The notes below the pieces were generated by a model. It was not told the origin of the DNA, made no database searches, and saw nothing but the letters and a program-made list of their open reading frames with translations. From the IMG/VR virus record IMGVR_UViG_3300041405_000130: a stretch of 64,000 nucleotides of DNA, one strand, 5' to 3'. This document shows, piece after piece, positions 44,273-52,619 of this stretch. The translations under genes and the position numbers were made by a program. This DNA comes from a virus (Duplodnaviria > Heunggongvirae > Uroviricota > Caudoviricetes). Within the stretch, counting starts at the first letter, position 1, and each line of letters opens with the position of its first letter.

Positions 44273-45643
44273 TTAATCGTCAGCTTTCTTGAGCAAGTAC
44301 GAGTTCGAGATAGCTTTCCACGACATTACGCGTTTCAGCGACTTGAACACGATACCTTCACGATAGGTACCTTTCTTCTGGTTGAAAGCACGTTGACCTT
44401 CAGCCATGGCCAGGACATCTTTAACAGTCCACTCTTTCGGAATTACGAAACGTTCGTGCATCACAGGAACGTAGGTCAGACCCAGTTCTTCTACGATCTT
44501 ACGAGCTTCTTCCGGCAGAACTTCTTCGTTACCGTTGCGGTACACGTTGAAGATGTGGTATTCGTGTTCTTCTACACCTTCGAAGCCAGACTGGATGTCA
44601 GGACCGATCTGCTCACCTTGCAGGGTGATGAACTCACCGGTACGAGCATGGTAGGCTTTCAGCTTACCCAGGATGTCGTACTTAGCGATAGTGCGGGTGT
44701 AGTTGTTATCACCACCTTCGGTCTTCGCTTTCCACTCTGGAACAGTGATACCATTCCAACGGATGCGCAGTTTGAAGTTACCTTCGTCATCTTTGGTTTT
44801 CTTCCAAGAAACGATCTTACGGTTACGTGCCAGGAAAGTACCAACCCAGTAACGCAGCTGTTCGGTAAAGGTCCATTCTTCGCCACCGATACCCAGCTCG
44901 TAATTACGCGAGCAGACACCAGTACGAACACCACCATCATTGATGCAGAAAGCAGTCATCGATTGACCGTCGAGTTTGTAAGTTACTTCAAACTCTTCTT
45001 CTTCCGATTGAGCTACCGAGAAAGCAACAGTTTTGTTCTGTACGCGGTCTTGATCGGACTTAATCAGTTGAGCAGGCCATGGCATCAGAGTGCCACCGAT
45101 GTTACCGAGGATCTTACGGATCAAACGGCTGTACCAACCCGAGTTACCCACAGCAGCAGGCCCATCGCGTTCGGTTTGTGGCTTTGGCTCGTACTTCAGG
45201 ATACCGAGTTCCAGAGTCAGGTTAGTATCAACCGGAGCGTCTTTGAACTTATCGGGAACCGGAACCAGCAAACCTTGCGACAGTTCTTTACGCAGTTTGA
45301 TAGTGGTCAGGCGGTGGTAGTTCTCGCCGTTAACACGACGGTTAGACGAACGACGTTCTTCCAGGAAACCAAACAGTGCTACGTTCGACAGCGGTAGCAG
45401 GGAATCGATCTCACAGTAAACAGCGCGTTCGCCTTTCTTGTACTCGCCAATCTTGACGCACAGTTGCCAACCACCAACGACAGCCAGTTCCAATGCATCG
45501 GCATTAGGGTGCTTAACAACGTCATCGATAACAACAATACGTGCAAGCTTGCGATCTTTTTCTACAACACCAAAACCTTCTTTGATCGGCTTGTCAACCA
45601 GAACAGTTTCAGCTACAACTGGAGTAACCACTTCTTGGGTCAT
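44273..45643 (-). CDS. ATP-dependent RNA ligase (KxDG nucleotidyltransferase) fused to an N-terminal tRNA-binding OB-fold (Myf/Trbp111-like) domain
   Basis: N-terminus VVKHPNADALELAVVGGW matches the tRNA-binding-domain signature (KHPDADKL...V.VG); KLDGQS is the ligase motif I; start set at ATG 45643 (GAGGAAGA RBS) rather than GTG 45754. Confidence 0.6.
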   Translation of the reverse strand: MTQEVVTPVVAETVLVDKPIKEGFGVVEKDRKLARIVVIDDVVKHPNADALELAVVGGWQLCVKIGEYKKGERAVYCEIDSLLPLSNVALFGFLEERRSSNRRVNGENYHRLTTIKLRKELSQGLLVPVPDKFKDAPVDTNLTLELGILKYEPKPQTERDGPAAVGNSGWYSRLIRKILGNIGGTLMPWPAQLIKSDQDRVQNKTVAFSVAQSEEEEFEVTYKLDGQSMTAFCINDGGVRTGVCSRNYELGIGGEEWTFTEQLRYWVGTFLARNRKIVSWKKTKDDEGNFKLRIRWNGITVPEWKAKTEGGDNNYTRTIAKYDILGKLKAYHARTGEFITLQGEQIGPDIQSGFEGVEEHEYHIFNVYRNGNEEVLPEEARKIVEELGLTYVPVMHERFVIPKEWTVKDVLAMAEGQRAFNQKKGTYREGIVFKSLKRVMSWKAISNSYLLKKADD

Positions 45644-45707
45644 TGCATCTTCCTCGTGGGATATTGAAACAGATCTCTCTGTATTCAATAATCCACACGA
45701 GTACTTT

Positions 45708-46091
45708 TTAGCAGATAACCGTAAGGGCAGTGGTCTTGTTGTTACTAACGCCACTACTAACCCGGAAGGTCCACGCGTTGTAACCTACACGCCAGTATGG
45801 ATAACGCAGCACGATTACTTGCATGTCACCGGTATACTGCGTTTGCAACGTCTTAACGATTTGATCAACCGAGTACGTCTTTTCTTTCAGTTCCGACAGT
45901 TCAGCAATGGTCGTCTTCTTAACCGACCACGTCCGGGTAACCATGGTTAGCAACCAGATGATCCAAACTACGAAGGCAATGAAACCATCGATCAGGCTGT
46001 TTTGAATCCACCAATACCAACCGGTATCAGCGGGCTTGCGTTTCTTTACTTCACCTGTAATCAAAGAAAACAGGTAAATCAGCTTTTCCAT
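45708..46091 (-). CDS. Membrane protein (127 aa)
   Basis: Two TM helices. Confidence 0.5.
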   Translation of the reverse strand: MEKLIYLFSLITGEVKKRKPADTGWYWWIQNSLIDGFIAFVVWIIWLLTMVTRTWSVKKTTIAELSELKEKTYSVDQIVKTLQTQYTGDMQVIVLRYPYWRVGYNAWTFRVSSGVSNNKTTALTVIC

Positions 46092-46097
46092 TTTGTC

Positions 46098-46529
46098 TCA
46101 CTTCTTCTTTTTAGGTTTACCCGATACTTCATGGGTATAGTCTGTATGGTGTTCATTTGGAATGAAATCCAGTTGTAGGATTTCAATGACTCGACCTTGG
46201 GCATCTTGCACCATACGTGCACCCAGAGTTACGCCACCACTTTCACGGGCGTGTTTCAGCGCGTCACGAAGTGGACCATGGTAATGAGCCACGAAAGTAT
46301 AGGTGCCGTCTGTAACGTTGTGTGTAGGCTCTTTTAGTACAGAGCATACGCTCGTTGGGTTTATCTGTCCCAACCGCCACAGACGACGTTTGGCGTCCTT
46401 GTACGGTGTAAGGTTAGGAACACCAGCTTCTGTTTGCATGCCAATGGCTTTGTATTTCTTTACATAAGCTTCCAGTGCTTCTAGATAACCGTCTGGTTTG
46501 CCTTTTAGATCAATCGTTGTCCGGAACAT
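46098..46529 (-). CDS. Hypothetical protein (143 aa), His-rich, Lys tail
   Basis: ORF. Confidence 0.5.
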   Translation of the reverse strand: MFRTTIDLKGKPDGYLEALEAYVKKYKAIGMQTEAGVPNLTPYKDAKRRLWRLGQINPTSVCSVLKEPTHNVTDGTYTFVAHYHGPLRDALKHARESGGVTLGARMVQDAQGRVIEILQLDFIPNEHHTDYTHEVSGKPKKKK

Positions 46530-47052
46530 CTTGTTCTGCCTCTTTTACGTTCAGCCAATATGCATAAATGGCTTTGTCTTTGGGACGCTGGATAAGGAAG
46601 TCACAGAAATGCAAAGCATATTCACGTGGACTGGTGTCGGCACCAATTGCTTCCTGAATAGCTGTGCTAAGTTCATTAGCGACTTGCTTCACTATTACAG
46701 CATCATCTGTTTTGGTTAGCTCACCCTTCAGTGCCATGTCCAATAGGACTTCCAGCATTGTATGGGTAGTAGATTCGAATGACAGGTTGTGTCGAATCAA
46801 AACTGCATTTAATGAGCATTTGCCACTGAGGAAATCTTCGATCTCATTCAATGGGTGTGGATTGTTGGTAAAGCGTGGAACGTCCTCGCCATCCAGGTAG
46901 TCATGGATCTGAGCTACCGTGCGATCAGCATACTGCGAAACAGTTTTGGTTGTGGTAGGACTATAACGGTTGGTACGACCCGTTAATTTTTCATCCTTCT
47001 TCAGATTCATCAAAGCACAACGTTCTTCGAGTTGCAGTTCGCGCTGGAACAT
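46510..47052 (-). CDS. Hypothetical protein (180 aa)
   Basis: ORF. Confidence 0.5.
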   Translation of the reverse strand: MFQRELQLEERCALMNLKKDEKLTGRTNRYSPTTTKTVSQYADRTVAQIHDYLDGEDVPRFTNNPHPLNEIEDFLSGKCSLNAVLIRHNLSFESTTHTMLEVLLDMALKGELTKTDDAVIVKQVANELSTAIQEAIGADTSPREYALHFCDFLIQRPKDKAIYAYWLNVKEAEQDVPDND

Positions 47053-47054
47053 GA

Positions 47055-47330
47055 TTAGTCTTCCTGTTTAATGGGATAGTCGATTGCTTGAAAACGGACG
47101 TTCGTAATTGGACGTTCGTGATCAACCATGTGGAGATGGGTTACGTCTTTGATTGTGTTCAGCCAGTTAGCTACTACACCAGCCTCAGCACCAAACACTT
47201 GAGCTTCTTCAACATCCTGCACTTTGGTAAAGCTGTAATGCTTACCATCGTGAGAAACACCAGCTACCAAACCGACACTGTTCTTATCCAGTATCGGATA
47301 CACGGTTACAGCAATAACTTTCTTAGTCAT
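47055..47330 (-). CDS. Hypothetical protein (91 aa)
   Basis: ORF, GGAG RBS. Confidence 0.45.
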   Translation of the reverse strand: MTKKVIAVTVYPILDKNSVGLVAGVSHDGKHYSFTKVQDVEEAQVFGAEAGVVANWLNTIKDVTHLHMVDHERPITNVRFQAIDYPIKQED

Positions 47331-47339
47331 GACAACTCC

Positions 47340-47366
47340 GAATAAAAGCCTCCCCGAAGGGAGGCC
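47340..47366 (-). terminator. Hairpin GCCTCCC-UUCG-GGGAGGC + CUUUUAUU after the thyA-like gene
   Basis: Perfect stem; there is no promoter before the next gene, so read-through or attenuation is implied. Confidence 0.6.
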
Positions 47367-47374
47367 TTATGTTG

Positions 47375-48799
47375 TTAAACAGCTACAGGGGCTTCAATGG
47401 CTGGTTGTGGATTGTAACCAATCACTTCCAGGTCATGATAAGTCATATCCAGGATCGATGTGCCGACTGGCAAGTTGATCTTCAGACGTGGTAGCTCCTG
47501 ATCAGGAATGCGCTGTTGTTGCAGATCCACTTGGTCCAAATGGTTCAAGTAAATGTGGGCATCGCCGACCATGTGGATCAGTTCTTCACCGTACATATTA
47601 AACTGGTGTGCCAGCTTGTGCGTCAGCGAGGAATAGAATGTCAGGTTATATGGCGCACCCAAGAACACGTCATTGGAACGCATGTAGAACAGACAAGTCA
47701 AGCCACGACGTGGAATATTCAATGCATCACAGTACGCGTGCAGCTTGACGTCATCGCGCTGATATGCGTTATCAATTACGGTACAGAACAAATCCAGTGG
47801 ATAAGGTGCATGTGTCGTATAAATGTCAGCATGACTACGTTTGGCGATGTCTTGATAAAGTTCCTTTTGTTCCCGTGCAAACCGCTCAACATAAATGTCA
47901 TAGCGTTCACATGGGTCTAATTCACGAGTCCAGAACTGAATGAACGAATGGCAAGGTGGCAAAGCTTGCTCATCTACAAACAATGGATTCCATGGACACA
48001 AAATCAAACGACGAGAATCAGGGTTGTGTTCCAGATTCTTCAACAGCTCAGCGAATTGATCGAAGTCACGATGGTAGATGTCTTTGGTAGAGACGTCATC
48101 CGATACAGGGGTCATTGAACCCATGTACTCGAACCCACGCGCATGCATCTTCATGTGTTCTTCGTTACTCAGTGGATCAACCATCCGAGTGTCAGGGATG
48201 CTACGGAACATTGCACCGTAAACTTTACCGAGTTCGCCATCAACAACTTCTTGATCGGAGATACCCAGAGCAGTATAGAACTCAAACCACAGAGGATCTT
48301 CTTTATCTTCCCACCGTTTTACGTTCACATTGTTGTCCGATTTATCTAGGACCATGTGTCGCTCGTTAGGAAACACGTAGATCTTGTAATCATCTCCGAC
48401 ATGGAGTAGAGTCCAATGCTCAATTTCTTCCTCAGTTGACCCAGCACTGAAGACACCTGGCTCTTCCCAACCGAAATGGTTACGCTTGTAGGCACGACGC
48501 ATTTCTTTCAGCAACCGCGGGCGGTAAGTACCTGTACCTTCCAGTACCCATTCATCCCAGATGTTGCAGTTGTTCTCTTTTAAGAACTTCAGACGGGTAT
48601 CACCGGAGATCATCCAGTCTTCTTCGACTTGACCGGTTTTGATGTGAATCTTTTTGGTTGATACTGCAGCCAAACGGTTGCCGCGAATATCATAGCGGCG
48701 TACTACACCTGGTGCCGAGATAGTGCCGGTGTTAGTACGATCTTCTTTCTTTACACCGCGCTCTAGAACTTCGCGCTGCATTGACAAATACTGGTCCAT
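47375..48799 (-). CDS. thyA: Thymidylate synthase (ThyA) homologue with three large insertions (474 aa versus the canonical ~264); could be a dUMP-modifying variant
   Basis: ThyA motifs conserved: QYLSMQREVLERGVKKEDRTNTGT, IWDEW, GKVYGAMFR, PDSRRLILCPWNP, PPCHSFIQFW (catalytic Cys), RSNDVFLGAPYN (Asn indicates dUMP specificity), GDAHIY..H, and a C-terminal ...AIEAPVAV; true ATG at 48799. Confidence 0.8.
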   Translation of the reverse strand: MDQYLSMQREVLERGVKKEDRTNTGTISAPGVVRRYDIRGNRLAAVSTKKIHIKTGQVEEDWMISGDTRLKFLKENNCNIWDEWVLEGTGTYRPRLLKEMRRAYKRNHFGWEEPGVFSAGSTEEEIEHWTLLHVGDDYKIYVFPNERHMVLDKSDNNVNVKRWEDKEDPLWFEFYTALGISDQEVVDGELGKVYGAMFRSIPDTRMVDPLSNEEHMKMHARGFEYMGSMTPVSDDVSTKDIYHRDFDQFAELLKNLEHNPDSRRLILCPWNPLFVDEQALPPCHSFIQFWTRELDPCERYDIYVERFAREQKELYQDIAKRSHADIYTTHAPYPLDLFCTVIDNAYQRDDVKLHAYCDALNIPRRGLTCLFYMRSNDVFLGAPYNLTFYSSLTHKLAHQFNMYGEELIHMVGDAHIYLNHLDQVDLQQQRIPDQELPRLKINLPVGTSILDMTYHDLEVIGYNPQPAIEAPVAV

Positions 48800-48821
48800 C
48801 AAATTCTCCTGTGGTTATACA

Positions 48822-49409
48822 TCATTGCCACAATGCGTTATTTTTCCACGTAGGGTGGCTTGGGGCGAATACCACACAAAGATCTTTGTTATGATGCGCT
48901 ACCAAAGCTGGCCAACTGGTTTGCTTTCTGAATCCGATCTGTAAGGATGTCATCGTGTGATCATGAATGTCGAGGATGTTGGACAGTTGGATACCAGCAG
49001 CCAGATTAGGGACACGGTACAAACCTTTATCCAGTTCTTGATACAACACTTCTTCAACGTGTTCCATTGTGAAAGTCAACCGAACTTTCGCAAATTCCAT
49101 CAGGCCCAAATGTTGCACCGTATATTGACCGGTGGTCTCATTGAACTGAATGGTTGTCATGAGTTCATCGAACGGCAGACGGTTCCGATAGATGTTGATA
49201 TGTTTACGATCACCGTAGCTGGTGAACTGAATATGAAACCCACCTTTAGGCATCGCCCCTTCGGCAGTCAGCAATGTGCCATCAACAAAGGCGATGTCCT
49301 TTCCGACGAGATCTGAATGGGCACCACTTTTATGGGTATCGAAGTTGAGAACCACATCAAATTCAACACGTTCCGCTTTTGGTTTTTCACAACCTGCGCA
49401 GCAACTCAT
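48822..49409 (-). CDS. Hypothetical protein (195 aa), Cys-rich N-terminus
   Basis: ORF, GAGGTG RBS. Confidence 0.5.
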   Translation of the reverse strand: MSCCAGCEKPKAERVEFDVVLNFDTHKSGAHSDLVGKDIAFVDGTLLTAEGAMPKGGFHIQFTSYGDRKHINIYRNRLPFDELMTTIQFNETTGQYTVQHLGLMEFAKVRLTFTMEHVEEVLYQELDKGLYRVPNLAAGIQLSNILDIHDHTMTSLQIGFRKQTSWPALVAHHNKDLCVVFAPSHPTWKNNALWQ

Positions 49410-49426
49410 TTAACACCTCGTAATGA

Positions 49427-49462
49427 CAAAAAAGAAAATAGGATGGGGACCCGAAGGTCCCC
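49427..49462 (-). terminator. Terminator GGGGACC-UUCG-GGTCCCC + U-rich
   Basis: After nadV. Confidence 0.65.
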
Positions 49463-49468
49463 GTCCGA

Positions 49469-51292
49469 TTATGCGGCTTCTTCTACTTCAGGAGCAAACT
49501 CACGTTGGATCGATGCTTCAATACGTGCACGCATATCACCAAGTGTTACTTGACGCAGGAACTTACCATTACGGAACAATGGCTTCAGTTCGCCAGAACC
49601 GTTCAGCAGGTCATCCCAGGTCATATCGACTTCTTGTTCGAGACGGTAGTTGAAATCCGAATCCTGTACCACGCGCAGGAAGCCTTTAGCCGACTTCTTG
49701 GACAGTGCAGTTTTTGGATCTTTGTACAGCTCGATCAGTTCGTCATTCACTTCGCAAGCAGTGGCTTTCATCGCCATGCCGAAAGTATCACGAGTGTTCA
49801 TCTGGTAGGTATAAGAACCGATACCCAGAACCACGTTAGACGATGCGTAGCCTTTCTCAGCCAGACGGCGGAAGATTTGCTCTGCACGTTCAACAGTGAT
49901 AGAGTCACCGTAGATCAGACCGATGTATTCGTTCAGGACTTTGTAGCCCTTAGTGTTTACATGGCCACCGAAAGAAGCCCACAGCGATTCGATCGCACCA
50001 CGTGCTTCCACTTCGCGCATCTCACGACCGAGTAGTTCTTCGGCAGTGGAGTTGCTGAACTGATGTGGGTTTCTGTGGTTTTGCAATTCGTAGAACTTAT
50101 CGCCGATACGGATAGCTTCACCGTTAACAGCTTCCCAACCGATGTTGTGCAGGGCTGCAACGAAGTCTTCGCGAGAATTGTACTCGACCAGATAGAAGCC
50201 ACAGATCACATGAACCGGATTGCCCGAGTCAGGACGAACTACAACTTTAGCCAGACCGAGTTCGTTCTTGATTCGGCTTTCGATTTCGGCACGGATCGAT
50301 GGTAACAGATCGGCAACTACCGACCAGAAGTCAAACGAATCGCATACCAGCGAGATGATACCGGTCTTGACTTTCTGCAGGATGATTTCCAGAATGTATT
50401 CGCGCTCACATTCCAGTTTCAGCTTGTCGATGAAAGCAGCCCAGTTTTCAGGAGCGATGGTCTCACTATCTTTGTCCAGCCACTTCAGCTTTTGTTTCAG
50501 GCGGGACAGGATGTTTGCAGTGGCTACGGCGTGCTCAGTAGCAGTAACCGAACCAGCAATCAACTCCTTATCGGAATCGGCGTGATACAAGCCCTCCAGG
50601 TAATCGATAGCCGGAACGGTATCGGTACCAGTAAACGACAACATGTGACCAGCGTTCGAACGACCAGCAGCTTCTGGGCCAGGCATACCACGGAACGAGA
50701 AGTCATGACCCTGCCATTGCACGTGCAGGTTATTGTCACAGGTCTCTTCGGCCCAGTGCTCCATGACCCGACGATATTCGTAGGCGATGGTTGCGTTAGT
50801 GATCGACTGCCAGTTATACGAACTGGTGATGGTTTCCAGATAGTTAACCAACCAGTAATGTTCTTTCTCATCATCGGAACTGTAAACAACCCACAGTGGG
50901 ATACCGATGTTAACACGCTGACCTTCTTCCAGCGCCAGTACGGTGACCGGCAGGTAACCCAGATCGTGAAGCTTAGCGATCTGACGGGTGGAAATAACGT
51001 CTACACCGCAAGCATTGTCGAAACGACGCTTGACTTCTTTAACAGCTTTCTTCTTCTCTACTTGGAAGAAGGTACGGTCCCACAGTTCAACCAGTTCTTG
51101 CCAGGTGCCATAGAGACCGAAGTTCACAACTTTGTTATCGTAGTGAACAGAGCAGGATTTGGAGTTCAGGAAGTTCTTCGCCGAACGAGGGGTGAAGTTG
51201 GAATACTTCCGGGTGGTGCCTTCTGGGTACAGAGGACCGTGACCAGGTTTGTAGAAGTCAGTAGCGGTTGCTGCTTTAAGCCATTGTGCCAT
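49469..51292 (-). CDS. nadV: Nicotinamide phosphoribosyltransferase (NadV/NAMPT family)
   Basis: N-terminus DFYKPGHGPLYPEGT...SNFTPRS matches the NadV/NAMPT signature (DSYK.SH...YP....S.FTPR); 607 aa type-II PRTase; AAGGAA RBS. Confidence 0.75.
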   Translation of the reverse strand: MAQWLKAATATDFYKPGHGPLYPEGTTRKYSNFTPRSAKNFLNSKSCSVHYDNKVVNFGLYGTWQELVELWDRTFFQVEKKKAVKEVKRRFDNACGVDVISTRQIAKLHDLGYLPVTVLALEEGQRVNIGIPLWVVYSSDDEKEHYWLVNYLETITSSYNWQSITNATIAYEYRRVMEHWAEETCDNNLHVQWQGHDFSFRGMPGPEAAGRSNAGHMLSFTGTDTVPAIDYLEGLYHADSDKELIAGSVTATEHAVATANILSRLKQKLKWLDKDSETIAPENWAAFIDKLKLECEREYILEIILQKVKTGIISLVCDSFDFWSVVADLLPSIRAEIESRIKNELGLAKVVVRPDSGNPVHVICGFYLVEYNSREDFVAALHNIGWEAVNGEAIRIGDKFYELQNHRNPHQFSNSTAEELLGREMREVEARGAIESLWASFGGHVNTKGYKVLNEYIGLIYGDSITVERAEQIFRRLAEKGYASSNVVLGIGSYTYQMNTRDTFGMAMKATACEVNDELIELYKDPKTALSKKSAKGFLRVVQDSDFNYRLEQEVDMTWDDLLNGSGELKPLFRNGKFLRQVTLGDMRARIEASIQREFAPEVEEAA

Positions 51293-51310
51293 GTTGAATC
51301 AATTCCTTGT

Positions 51311-52255
51311 TTACAGGTGCTTGAATGCGATCAGGTTTTCAGGATTGTTTTCACGCTGCGGTAAGTCAACGTGATAAGTGTTCATGGTGTAGACTTTGTC
51401 AAAGACACTGGTCAACACTTCAACACCAGCGGAGAAAATACCGTGGGTAACGTACAACGACAACGAACCCAGATCATAGTCCTTCAGAACTTTTGCCAGT
51501 TCGGTAAAGGTACGTCCACCGTCACAGATATCGTCAACGATCAACAGATCTTCACCAGCCAGATCAGTCAGTTCCATTACTTCATCGCCAGCAACAAAGC
51601 TGTCAACGGTAGTGCGCAGGATCTTACCATCACGAGTGTTACGAACTTTATTGGCATACACGATGCCTTTAAAGCCAAACTCTTTTGCCAGTGATTCTAC
51701 CTTCTTACGTGCACCAGCATCAGGTGCAACCAGAATGGTATTCTTGGGATTGATGCGATCATCATTACCCCAATCCAACATGTGTTTACGGAACAGATCA
51801 TTCAGCGAGAACACACGTGCATTGTTCAATACCGAACCAATAACGTCAGAGTGCGGATCAGTCAAGATCACACGTTCTACGTCAAGGCTATTGATGACAT
51901 GAGCAAATGCTTTAGCCGAATTCGCTTCACCTGGGTTACACACACGGTCTTGTCGAGCGTATGGCATGTAGCCGATGTCAAGCGTGATTGATGGGTTGGC
52001 CACCAATGCGTTTTCACGAATAGCGTTTACAGCCATGATCAAAGACCACGCTGCCGCCGCATCTGGTAGAGCTGCAACGATCCGATAGCTTTCACCTTTG
52101 AACCACTGGCCCTTCTGGCTCATGCCATCTTCACGAGGAATGGATACGTTTACTTCACCAGCCGGAAACATCCGACCATCACGAATTTCGGTAGGGAACG
52201 AGCGAGTCACTCCCACACCTTCATGCGTTACGATCAGTTTCAGATTCTGATTCAT
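51311..52255 (-). CDS. prs: Ribose-phosphate pyrophosphokinase (PRPP synthetase)
   Basis: PRPP-binding loop LLIVDDICDGGRT and a bipartite PRTase fold; co-operonic with nadV. Confidence 0.75.
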   Translation of the reverse strand: MNQNLKLIVTHEGVGVTRSFPTEIRDGRMFPAGEVNVSIPREDGMSQKGQWFKGESYRIVAALPDAAAAWSLIMAVNAIRENALVANPSITLDIGYMPYARQDRVCNPGEANSAKAFAHVINSLDVERVILTDPHSDVIGSVLNNARVFSLNDLFRKHMLDWGNDDRINPKNTILVAPDAGARKKVESLAKEFGFKGIVYANKVRNTRDGKILRTTVDSFVAGDEVMELTDLAGEDLLIVDDICDGGRTFTELAKVLKDYDLGSLSLYVTHGIFSAGVEVLTSVFDKVYTMNTYHVDLPQRENNPENLIAFKHL

Positions 52256-52608
52256 GCAACTTCCTTTTCATCTGCTATTAATTGCAGGGGCATTGTGAAC
52301 TCAGCAGCGAACAACAGTTCTACATCACCGAGCTTTGTTTTGATATTGCTGGTTGCTTCATAGCGGCAAGTCTGCAGATCCATAATCAAATCAGTTTCTT
52401 GCTCACCCGAACGTACCAGGAACCGGGCAACTTTGCCCAGCTCCACGCCACGTGAAATTACTTCGATCTCATTCGTCAGAATATGATCGCTGTGAAATGC
52501 GCCCAGGAACTTAACCATAACACAAGTGCCTTCCGTCAGGAAGCGATCTTTGTGATAAGTCATTTCTTCTGGTTGTACTCGGAACACGTGTTGCAGTTTG
52601 GTATCCAT
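52252..52608 (-). CDS. Hypothetical protein (118 aa)
   Basis: ORF, ATGA overlap. Confidence 0.5.
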   Translation of the reverse strand: MDTKLQHVFRVQPEEMTYHKDRFLTEGTCVMVKFLGAFHSDHILTNEIEVISRGVELGKVARFLVRSGEQETDLIMDLQTCRYEATSNIKTKLGDVELLFAAEFTMPLQLIADEKEVA

Positions 52609-52619
52609 GTCACTGTGCC

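Noticed and set aside
44393-45397. 334-aa plus-strand ORF antisense to the RNA ligase gene
   Set aside because: It is antisense to a gene with clear conserved motifs. It is rich in Phe/Val/Thr, as expected from reverse-complemented coding sequence, and has no RBS.
46098-46529. Possible polynucleotide kinase / 2H phosphoesterase partner for the RNA ligase
   Set aside because: No Walker A P-loop, no DxDxT phosphatase motif and no paired H-x-T/S-x motifs; only His-rich composition.
50492-51364. 290-aa plus ORF antisense to nadV, and similar long antisense ORFs (26829-27872, 31253-32032, 15946-16755, 14128-14757, 32051-32816, 10223-10693)
   Set aside because: Each lies opposite a motif-supported or better-contextualised minus-strand gene and is interpreted as a shadow ORF.
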